From Asterias rubens (lineage: Eukaryota), in NCBI RefSeq assembly GCF_902459465.1, contig NC_047081.1, positions 372,001 through 436,000 on the forward strand: a stretch of DNA of 64,000 bases, read 5' to 3'. Numbering within the stretch: position 1 is the stretch's first letter; every line of letters begins with the position of its first letter. The position numbers were made by a program, and so were the translations under genes. Below are positions 36,538-46,667 of the stretch, piece after piece. Under the pieces are notes generated by a model. The model was not told the DNA's origin and searched no databases. It worked only from the letters and a program-made list of their open reading frames with translations.

Positions 36538-36685
36538 CTCGGTGGTCTAGTTGGTAAGACACTGCTCTAGAATGGAAAAGGTCGTGGGTTTGAATCCCAC
36601 CCGAGTAATATGCCTGTGATTTTTTTCACAGAGCTTTGTTTACAGTGCTAACACACATCGGTGTATATGGGTTAAACCAATCAGT
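36538..36685 (+). mobile_element. tRNA-derived SINE
   Basis: A box tggtctagttgg, B box ggtttgaatccc and tail taatatgcctgtgatttttt. Related pieces at about 10490-10610 (-), 42413-42560, 44560-44620, 49815-49900 and 61335-61370 (-). Confidence 0.75.
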
Positions 36686-36939
36686 TGAACTTTATATTGT
36701 GTTACCATTCTACTAAATTCTCTCCACTGATTGGACTCTTGTCTTGTGAAATAGTTTTCATTCTTTTTAAATATAAATATATATATACATACTTGCCACT
36801 CACCTTTTTGTGAAGTTTCAATAATATTTATGTGTTGATGACTTCATTAAGACAATGAAAGGTTGGACTTCCTGTTTTATAATAAATTGGACTTAAAGTG
36901 GAATTATGTCAAGTTTGACAATTTATACTGTGTTCATTA

Positions 36940-37863
36940 TTAAAGAGTTTTCTTTGTTTTATCCATAACGTTCTCATTGGTGTCATGACAGGCTTTCTTG
37001 ATCTGTGCCTCTTGAGCCAATCTTCTCTTTGTCATGTAGGTTTCGTAGAAGAAATGGACGAACAAAGTGAAGTAACTTAGGTACATCAAGAAGGATGCTC
37101 GGAGGTTCTCGTCTGTGGTGGAGCAGAATCCACCACTGCTTCTTACGGAGTAAGCGTAGCAATTGATGGCACATCCCACGAACATCTGAGTGATCTGCAA
37201 GGAGGTGAGCACGATGTTGATCCAGCTAGGGATGCTGACCAGCTTGGAGGCCTTGAGGGCGTAGTAAGTGTACATCAGGGCGTGAACGGAGAAGTTCATC
37301 AGGACGAAGTAGCGAGATGGGGCAACAATCAGGGGGTAAGTGTACCAACAGTAGATGAGGACAGTTATGTGATGATACCAATGGAGGAAAATCAGTTTCT
37401 GTTTGCGTAGCACGATGAAGATGGTGTCGCCCAGCTCCGGAACCTTGCTTAAGACAAATAGCCACGACCAGAAGCCGGCCACGCCTTTATAGAAGATGGG
37501 GTCGCAAGCAGATGCCTTCCATCCGTAGGTACTTACGAAGACGATAGTATCAGCCCATACTCGAATGGCTCCCATCCAGCTAAACACCGCCAGGCTAAAC
37601 GACCACATCGCCAGGCCCAATCGCAGATCAAACCGGGGCCGTTTCTCCATGTACAACCGCCCAGCGAAGATAAGGGCTGCATATAGAGCACTGTACACTA
37701 TCGACTTGGACCAGTTATTCTGGAACCACCATATCTTCTCAGCTGGTTCAAAGTGCTTCTCAAACTCGAAGGGGGCGTGTGGGTCGCATGGTGTTCGGTT
37801 AGTACTTAGTAGCACCTCATAGTTCTCAAAGAAAAGAGCATCTTCCCTTGCAATTGTCGTCAT
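36940..37863 (-). CDS. ELOVL6: ELOVL3/6-like elongase, copy 3, intronless CDS, 307 aa from ATG 37863
   Basis: SKVPELGDTIFIVLRKQKLIFLHWYHH, MNFSVHALMYTYY, TSLQITQM, and C-terminal KKTL. The ORF track starts at a GTG; the first ATG is at 37863. Confidence 0.96.
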   Translation of the reverse strand: MTTIAREDALFFENYEVLLSTNRTPCDPHAPFEFEKHFEPAEKIWWFQNNWSKSIVYSALYAALIFAGRLYMEKRPRFDLRLGLAMWSFSLAVFSWMGAIRVWADTIVFVSTYGWKASACDPIFYKGVAGFWSWLFVLSKVPELGDTIFIVLRKQKLIFLHWYHHITVLIYCWYTYPLIVAPSRYFVLMNFSVHALMYTYYALKASKLVSIPSWINIVLTSLQITQMFVGCAINCYAYSVRSSGGFCSTTDENLRASFLMYLSYFTLFVHFFYETYMTKRRLAQEAQIKKACHDTNENVMDKTKKTL

Positions 37864-39464
37864 TTTCGGTTGAGTATCAACAATATCCTTCACTCAATAG
37901 AAGAACTACAGTTGTCGACGACCAAACTCCCCGAGTTTAGCTTCAAATTATTCTGCCACCGAGGTTGAAGAGAACACCAGTCTTCCCCTGATGGCGAGTG
38001 TATAATATTTTGGTTTAAATTGTGAAATTCGCTGTCGTTCATTCAATAGACAGAAGAAAAAAACGAATTTACATGCAGTCGGTGCGTGTGTACTGTCCAA
38101 GGCAATACTGGCATGATAATGTCACAACGGACGACCCATGTGCGTTTTGACTGGGAAAGCCTTTCATCTGCGTACAACTGTCTGTAGTATGCTGTTACAT
38201 TTAGTGAACCTACTCCCTACTTGAGAAATGCCGGATGCATTAAAGTTTATTTTAGTGCTCGAAATAAAGTGCGACCTTATTTCACGCATTGGGAAGTTAA
38301 CCAAAAGTAAATAATGTTTGTTATGACTCGATCGAGAGAACAACAACATCACACAATTGGTATAATTTAACCACAGAGCTTTTTAACTTGTCAACTTGCC
38401 AAATAAAAAAAATACCAGTTGATCGTCCCCGCCCGGGGCTGGCCTAGGAGCTTTTCCCGAATCTAACGTGATGCTCTCGAACACGTGTAACCGTCTGTTT
38501 CATAAAACAATATTAGTGAATGCCTACCACCAGCAAATCTTGTTAGTGTAATCCGACCCTGTTAGTGTTAACACAGGTCCTCATAAATAGGTATGACTGA
38601 AAAACTGGTGGCCTGTTTGATTTGAAATACTAAGCGGCCATCTTGGAAAAAGAAAGAAAGTAATAAGCAAACAAAAAAGAGGAGGGATGAGGTCCCGCCT
38701 CTTTTTTGAAAAATCTTGACGATCAACTGGTAATTTTTTGTTTTGCCTTATTTTTCTCTACCCAATTAAATGAGTATTACATCTTACTCCATACTGCATC
38801 TGGTTCGCACTGTTTCGATGCTGTTTGAACTTTAATAAATGAAGTATTGTTTTAGTATATTTTAGTATAGTTTTGCAATGGTGTGCATTAATTGGAAGAA
38901 ACTTTAAAATTAATAAATAGTGAACTGGCGTGGTACAAAATAGTGTATATGAGGGGCCCGGCTCTTTTCAGAGCCAACACTCCCATAAAATAAATGTACA
39001 CATTGTTGTACCTGGAAGTTTACTATTGATTTATAGTTTCTTCCTGTTCAATAAAATGTTCAGAGTTGAGTGCTTTGTTTCATGGTCATGAATTGTTTAT
39101 TGCACTCTATTCCAGAGAGTGCAAGTTCATTCCCTGTAAGAGCCACGCCACTTACTGCTGCGCAATCTGATTGGCTAGCTGCAAATCAGGTGGTTATAGC
39201 TGACGTTCTTATGGGCTGTCACATGGAATGTAATGGGCGTGTTTTTATTTATTTCTTCTGCTTGGGGTATTTTACCTGGGGCTGATTTTGCAAGTTTATG
39301 GAAGAAATTGTCACTATCAGTAAAGAAAACATTGGACTTGTTTTTCAACCGCAGATAGTCGTAACTTCTGTGGTATTTTAATTAATAAGCTCTCATCTAA
39401 TCGTAGCTAGCTGGGCTGTTATGCAAATTGAAAAGGTTATTTTGAGGTCAAAGTTTAAAAGAAG

Positions 39465-42400
39465 ATGGCGGCCACCATGAAACATTTTCGTCTCGCAGTC
39501 GCTGCATTACTTCTTATTTCTTTGTCATCTTGTGTACTTTGCGTGGACCTGAATCTTGGTAAGTCATCTCTACGAAAACTGTCCATATCCTGGCAATACT
39601 TGTTCACTAATTTTTACAAACAGGAATATCTTATTTCAGTAATTTTTAGATAATTGTTATTTCATTTTATTAATTAATAATAATGTTGAGAGCGGTCCCG
39701 TTGAGCGAGTGTCGTCTGTCTTTCGGTTTTCGACTCATGGCCAAATTGGTGACTGGTCAAAGCAAGGAGGAAGTTCTTCCTCCATGGTCAAAGCAATTTA
39801 ATGGAGGTCATAGCCAGTGTCATAGCGACAGCTTTTTAAAAAAATTGAGTAGAGGTTCGTCGTACACCTATTTATTTTACAGTTAACTGATGTTCTGTAC
39901 TCATTTGAAGAATAAAAATAATACAGTTGCATTTTTTCCTTCTACATACAACAAAAACATAAATAGTTTGGGGTAATCATCCATCAGTCACTAAATGCAA
40001 GTACCCACTGTGCGAAGGCAGTCAAAAGCGCATACAGAGCCCTGGGGCTAATCTGATAATCAACAGAACCATTACGAACAAAGACAAAACAACAATCATC
40101 AGACTGTACAAAGAACTGGTTAGACCACACCTAGATTACTGTGTACAGGCGTGGAGGCCTCATCTTCAAAGGGACATTGACCTAATAGAAAGAGTTCAAA
40201 AGAGAGCATTGCGAATGACTGGAGGTCTATCTCACCTAGACTACGTTGACAGACTCAGGGAAGTGAAATTGACCACCCTGGACTGCAGGAGGCTGCGATG
40301 AGATCTTATCGAGACCTTTAAGATACTCCGGGGCCTTGATTGAGGGCTTGAACCCTGAACACTTCTTTGATTTGTCAACCGTGCAGCACAGGGGTCACCA
40401 ACTCAAACTGTACAAATCAAGATCCAACCTTAACCTCAGGAAGTTCTGGTTTAGTCAGAGAGTTGTCAACTACTGGAACATTCTCCCTCGAAAGGCAATT
40501 GAAGCTTCAAGTGTGAACATTTTCAAGGGGCATGTGGATAAATTCCTAAAGAACGTCGGGGGGCTCTACATAAGCTTATCTAAGCTGTCTGCCCCAGTAA
40601 CCAGAACCACCGTCTCCTCCCCAGTTGTGTGATGGCGTCGGTGGGTTCAAGTAAGTTCAAGTTCTGGGTCTAGGGAGTAAAGCCTAGGTCCATGCCATGG
40701 AAAGGTTTCCGTATGGCGCCACCACTTTTTCATTCGATATGAAATAATATAGTATCTAATTTACCTCAATGAGATATCCCTTTTGTTGTAAAATGAGTGA
40801 AAAAGTGGTGGTGCCATACGGAAAGTTATCCCATGCCATTGTAACAATGTGAATCCCTGATACGTGTAAACTGCAGTAGCTGTGGCTACTCCCTGGCGTC
40901 ACGCTCAGGTAAGGCCTTTATCCAGGCATGGAGGTAGATCCAGGGTACAACAACAATAACAGCCTTATTGTTTATTCTTGATCGATGCAATAACATGTAT
41001 TTCTTGTCTACAGTTTCAGAAGTAAGAAATGCTGATGAGGAGAGCTCAAATGATCTTTCAAAAGAAACAGAACTCGAAACGCAAGAAATCCCTTTAACCC
41101 AGACTCCGATAGAGACAATTACAAACAATGCCTCACTGGGAAGTACAAAAGAGGCAAACGTCTCACTACCAATCACCTTCATCCACATCGCAGCATCCTA
41201 CATGAGACCAGTCACCTTCCACAGATTCTTAAACGACCTGAACATAACGGTGAACGCAAGTCTAAAATACCCGCATCCGGATGTCACTTACGTCGAGGAT
41301 GAAGCATTATACACGCCCCGTAAGATTAGATACCCTTGTCTTAGGAGATTGTTTGGGAACAGAACGGCTGAAGTACGGATTGTTAACAGTACAGAGCTTA
41401 CTGAAGCTGTGAGCTTCAAGACTGATAAAGGCAGCAATTCGACCACTATGCTGAGTGGGTACTGTGCCTTTGTGATGTTTTTTGCACCCTGGTGTAAGTT
41501 TTCAACTGCTGCTGCGCCACCATTTAACGCCATCGGACGGGCTTTTCCAGATCTTGAGGTTCTGGCTATTGACGCATTTCAGCATAACAGGTAAGCTCAG
41601 TTCAAATATCATAAATTAAAAGAAAAAAAGTTTTCTGGCGTATTATCCCCAATTCTATATTCCTTGAATCATCCATTATACTGAGACAAATCTTCTCTAG
41701 TCTTAAACTGCATCAACATTGTTTTCGTTAAAGTTCTTGTCTTGTAGATAATCAACCCACAAAGAGCCCTGTTGATGATATTGATTGGTCAAACCATAGG
41801 AGGGTTGATGTTGATAATTACAAAACACTGTAAACTAGCAATTCAATTACCCTTTTTGGGGGGAGATGGGTATAGACTTTTATCACGGTGCAGCCATCTT
41901 GTTGCCAAACCGAGGCTGGAAGAACAAAATAGTCTGGTTCCTATTTGCAAAATGATATATTAGCATTCACTATTGTTATTCGATATGAGGAAGATGGAGG
42001 CGGCGTGATAAAGGTCCATAGGGGGTTGTATGCATTTGCACAAGTTATATTTGATGCTGATTTTCTTTCAGTCTGAACACACGCTACAGTATCGTCGCTG
42101 TTCCAAACATCCTCCTGTTCCACAACAATAAACCAGTCATGAGGTTTAATTACAGCGAGAGGACATTCAGCGTCTTCACTGACTTCATTAGGAATTTCAC
42201 AGGTGCGTTTGCTTAGATTTGGTCATAAAACTATCTCATCGTTCATAAGTAGTCCGCTGGTCAAATGTCAGTAAAACACCTACATGCAAGGACCAGTCAG
42301 AATTCACTCGAACTGGTCCAACACTGACAGGCTAGTTGAGAGTTGAAGAAAGCATCCATTTAAATATTGACCCGCTGCTAACACAGGATTCAAACTGCCT

Positions 42401-44128
42401 CTAGTCACCGGACTAGCTCAGTGGTTTAGTGTTAGGGCACCTGCTCTAGCAATTGCAAAGGTTGTGGGTTTGAATTCCAGCCGAGTGATTTTTGGTAACG
42501 TACTGTACTTAGTATACAGGACATTGGTGTAACGGTAAAGACATACTAAATTCTTTATCCCTGATGCAAAATTAACATCTACTTGTAAATGGCTGCAATT
42601 GCTTTGTTAATTCTTCCTACATTACATGTATTTCAGGTCTGTATGCTTCGTATTATGAAAGGGGAAGATCACCAAGGCATTTTTCCTATGAGTAAATTGT
42701 AAATTTCTACTGGAACATTTCACGAGGGCTAGGGCACTAAGGCAATGACCAGAGGGTATGGAGTTGTTGCCTCAGTGACGTAATCAGGCCTGTTATTTTC
42801 AAAGGACATGACATGGTACATCTTCCTATCTATCTAATTTACATAATCTGACTGTGTACAGAGTTCATCAAAGTCGCAATCTCATCACCAACCGACCCTA
42901 CTAATCACAAGGTCAATACACTGGTTCTACAAATAATGATAGCAATAATGTGTATCATCAAACACAGAACATCTGGTGATACTGAAATGTTATATATTTA
43001 TCCAATGTGATTGTTTCAATTCCACTTAGCCTCAGTTTTATCAGATTATCTTAATCCCTTAAAACTTTTAAAACACAACTTTGCGTGTAAGTTTTGTGTG
43101 CTTAAAGCCACAAAAGTTATTGCTGGGAAGAAGTGGTGGTGGAAAGTTACATTTTGAGTTGTTGACTGGTTTACAAAAGACTGGAAGCTTTATTCCACAT
43201 AACAGGAAATGAATCTGGTGAAAAAAGGGCCTGGTGTTTTATTTACTTAGACTTGATTTGCCAGAAGGTAGCCCCGTCAATTTTCTAGGAAATGTAAGGT
43301 CGAGGGGGGGGGGGGCCTTGTACACAAATTTATCTGGTTCAAATATAATTTGAAAGCCAAATTCTGAATTGTATTCGATTCGGTTTATTACTTGATATTT
43401 GGAATAAAAAGTTCACATTCCCATTTAGGAGATCCCTTAGCTTTGAAAAATCTTGTTGAGAATCCTTGGTTGGAGTCATATCAATGTAAAGTGATCTAAT
43501 GCTTTGAGGCTTTTTCAATAACCAGTGTACCATTGGTAAATTGGAAAGTCAGTACACTCTGCTCTACCAGCCAGGCTTCTACATGTAGTAGTGGACGATA
43601 ACCGTAGTGCCTACATGGCCTATATACTTACTGACAGTGTAGGTCTTGCCCTGTTTCAGCCCCATGATAGGATGTAACCCTGTTTCAGCCCCCATGAGTA
43701 GGTGGCAACAGGCCCCTGATGGGAGTAGATTTGGGGGTGACAGCCCAAATCAGTTATTGTAGCCCTCACCTTAAAGTGGTCGGCCGGCCTTGTGATGTTA
43801 GGCGGTCTCTCAAATAAAATATAAAATAAAAATCTCATATTAATTTTATTCTGATTTTCCAACAGGTCTTGAGCCCAACTCCTCCATCACTGTAAATGAG
43901 GCAGACGCCATTGGTCCACTGCCCAGCATACCAACTGAGGAAACCGACTATGCTCTTTGGTTCTCTTGGCTATTCCTTGCCGCTGTAGCCGGGTGGTTCT
44001 TGAAGCAACATCTTGGCAGTTTCGTCATGGACCGTGTCAGGATGTTTCTTGTTTACGCTCGACAAGTTTGGAGGACTGGAGAATTCTATGATCAGGTTGG
44101 TGTGATGGCTCACGAACATCGGGATTGA
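39465..44128 (+). CDS. TXNDC15: Thioredoxin domain-containing protein 15, 354 aa; exons 39465-39558, 41014-41590, 42072-42202, 43866-44128
   Basis: Signal peptide, FFAPWCKFS (CxxS) thioredoxin site, ...HNSLNTRYSIVAVPNILLFH...RFNYSERT..., GPLPS, a C-terminal TM segment and ...HEHRD*. Phases 1,2,1 total 1065 nt. A YY1 motif AAGATGGCGGCC overlaps the ATG. Confidence 0.93.
39990..40645 (+). mobile_element. 5'-truncated, degenerate CR1/L2-type LINE (RT C-terminus and 3' end) in TXNDC15 intron 1
   Basis: Translates LYKELVRPHLDYCVQAWRPHLQRDIDLIERVQKRA... and RGHQLKLYKSRSNLNLRKFWFSQRVVNYWN. It has an in-frame stop, a frameshift and a (ttcaag)-like tail. Confidence 0.88.
40700..40830. mobile_element. 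Hairpin MITE
   Basis: TIRs tttccgtatggcgccaccactttttca and tgaaaaagtggtggtgccatacggaaa. A partial copy lies at about 7910-7990. Confidence 0.8.
42634..42790 (-). mobile_element. Family A MITE copy in a TXNDC15 intron
   Basis: Reverse complement of 1078-1252 and 3531-3699. Confidence 0.7.
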
Positions 44129-44884
44129 AAATGTTTTTAACGACCATAAATCTCTGATGAAAGAGGCTTTTAGATAAGCTGGTCTGAACTTCTGTTGTCT
44201 TAACTTTTGAGGCTTGTAAAAAACATCAGATATGGGCCTTGTGATTGGGAAGACCTGCCAAGTTCCTAGCAGTTTCACCTTTTGGATGGGGTGTCACATG
44301 ACAGTTTCAGGTGGAGGCAATGAGACATCAATCTATGATATTGCTATACTGGCGCCCATCATAGGAAGCAAAATAGATCAGTCACTGGCAATGATTGAAC
44401 GAAATGTGGCTCGAGAAGGTGTCACAGTTAACAGAATAAACTATGATTAGGCGTTTGAGGGAAACAAACTTTTAAAAGTCCACAGAGTTCAAGGATGTTT
44501 CAGGAATGATGTTCATGGACAGAGGAAGTGATAGTTCATGGTGTGAGTATTACATACCTGTGATATTTGTTCACAGGACTCGGGGACAGTACTGAGTATA
44601 CGCTGCTAACACAGTACAGTGGTAGTAAACTTCTGAAAGTCTGTTGTTAAATTTTGAAAGTGTGATTATAGTTGATTAATGCAATTGTAATTTGTGTCAC
44701 TTTCCAAATGTGTTTATACAACAGAAGTGAAACTTCCTGTGCAATGAAGAAATCGTCATTAATGAAATCGTTCGCAAGTTTTGATGTGCAATGTTGTGTT
44801 GAGAAATAAAACCGTTTTAAAATTATGTAAACTGTTTCATGGAGTCATGGTTCACTGGACCTGGAAAAAAAGGCACTGCATTTG

Positions 44885-45004
44885 GAGACTTTAGAACTCT
44901 AGGTGGCAGCAGATTTACCAGATAAATGTCCATTGTTTACGTTGTTCTGAGCTCACATTACCAAGAACAATGGATTTACCTGTCTGCTGCCACCTTGTGT
45001 CCCC
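44885..45004. mobile_element. Palindromic MITE, family D, carrying aggtggcagcag arms
   Basis: Arms ctctaggtggcagcaga and tctgctgccacct. A second copy lies at 51068-51205. Confidence 0.75.
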
Positions 45005-45207
45005 ACTCACTAATGAACAGATAACCTTTTTAAATGGATGTGTGTCTATGCCTTTAACAAAGACTTGTTCTTTTCACATACAAGCCAAGATGTTCTAAAC
45101 AAGGATAACACTTTCAAAGTAAAAATTAGAGCCCCTCTTTAATCTCTTAACTTCTAACAATCTGCTGTTCTTTTTACAAACACACTTACTCCTAAATTTC
45201 AAGTCCA

Positions 45208-45386
45208 ATAGACCTTATGCATTGACATCATCCAGCAGCCATCTTACTGGAAAAACTGTGACAAAACAATCGAAACGCACATATTTATACACGCGGCGCA
45301 CAGGATTGGCAAATGAACAACCTCCTTTTGACCTCTAGGTGAGGGCGCCCTACTGAAATGACGTCATGTGAATTTTTATAAGGTCT
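45208..45386. mobile_element. Short MITE, family C
   Basis: Ends tagaccttat and ataaggtct. Similar to 28091-28273. Confidence 0.6.
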
Positions 45387-46667
45387 GTGCTCTTCCTAAA
45401 AGCTCAGGACAGAATGAATATATACGAGGAAATTACTATGCAATCTTTAAGAATATTTCTGGACCTCCGACCATCCTGAGCTGCTAGACCTTTGGCCGAG
45501 TAGAGATTGTCTTGAAATTTGCAAACTTCAAGTCTTTATTGTGATGTTTCATAAACAATCTTCACTCTTTTTGTACAGAATAAAAAAACTGCAATAAAAA
45601 TCCACATGCCATACACCCGTCACTACATTTCATTGGTTCAGGCAATAAGGTCAGTTTTAATTCAATGCATTTTGAACGATTGTCTTAATAACTTCTTTCT
45701 TTGGCATATTTTGGAGCTCCTTGTAAATGGAGTTTAATGATCAAGAGTGGTCTCCAAAATAATTGTAGGCAAAAAGAAACATTCAGTTTCTACGAAAAAC
45801 ATTTACTTGTGGGTTTTGATGTTTTTGTCAAACATTTTACACTTCCAACTTTTTGACAAGAATGTGTTCGAAAATGCAATAAGTGACCTTACAGAACTGA
45901 GCTGACGATTTGTCTCTTAAAAGTTTCCTGTAAACTGAAATATTTTTCAAGTCTTGATAAAGAGAAACAGTCTCAAGTTCTTCGGATGGATTCAATATTT
46001 ACACTTTTTTTAAAGTTTTATCTTAATTGTGAACGTTCTGTCAAAATTATTTAAAAAAAAACAAACTCACAGCACTAATTATGAACATATCAATAAAAAT
46101 GTGGCATAGGGTCATGCAGCTTTCTGGAAATATATTATACATCTTGTGAAATTACATACTCGAAATTCGTCACTCTTTGTGCATAGGATCTGTCTGATAT
46201 TGTTCAAAATAAAGAATGATTTTTTTGCATCAATATTATGAAATGCCAAACTGTCTTGCTGTGTTTTCCTCAGCCATTCCATGGCTAGAATATTAGACTG
46301 GCCCACCGACCTGAGTCCAGTAGTTTTAGTGTCGGGCAGTAAACTCATGACTGGAAAAAGCTGGAAGATTTGTGTTTTTAATTGTATAAATAAGTGCTCA
46401 CTCTTTAATATGGTGTTCAAATTTGACTTTGAGTCTTATAAAATACATTTCAATTCTATATCATCAACCAATATAAGTTTATATAGGATCCCTACTGCCT
46501 CAATCCTCCAGAATCAACCAATATAGGTTGATACAGGATCCGTACTACCCCAACCTTTGTACCAAACCATGTGCCATCAGCTTTTAAGCTTTGTGTGTCA
46601 GACTTTAAATGAAGTAATTTTCTCTGCACTACCTTACACTATGTCGATAGTATTTCCTGACGCTTTA

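Noticed and set aside
36538-36605. tRNA-like sequence with A and B boxes and a CTCGG/CCGAG stem
   Set aside because: It continues into a shared SINE body, has several diverged copies in the window, and has no clean anticodon arm. It is a SINE head, not a tRNA gene.
37864-37893. N-terminal extension of ELOVL6 copy 3 from a GTG start (317 aa)
   Set aside because: GTG initiation is not expected in this eukaryote. The first ATG is at 37863.
40336-40632. 98-aa ORF as an independent gene
   Set aside because: It is the C-terminal fragment of a truncated CR1-type LINE ORF2, with an upstream stop and frameshift.
41490-41510. Possible selenoprotein-type thioredoxin site in TXNDC15
   Set aside because: The site is plain WCKFS, with no in-frame TGA anywhere in the assembled CDS.
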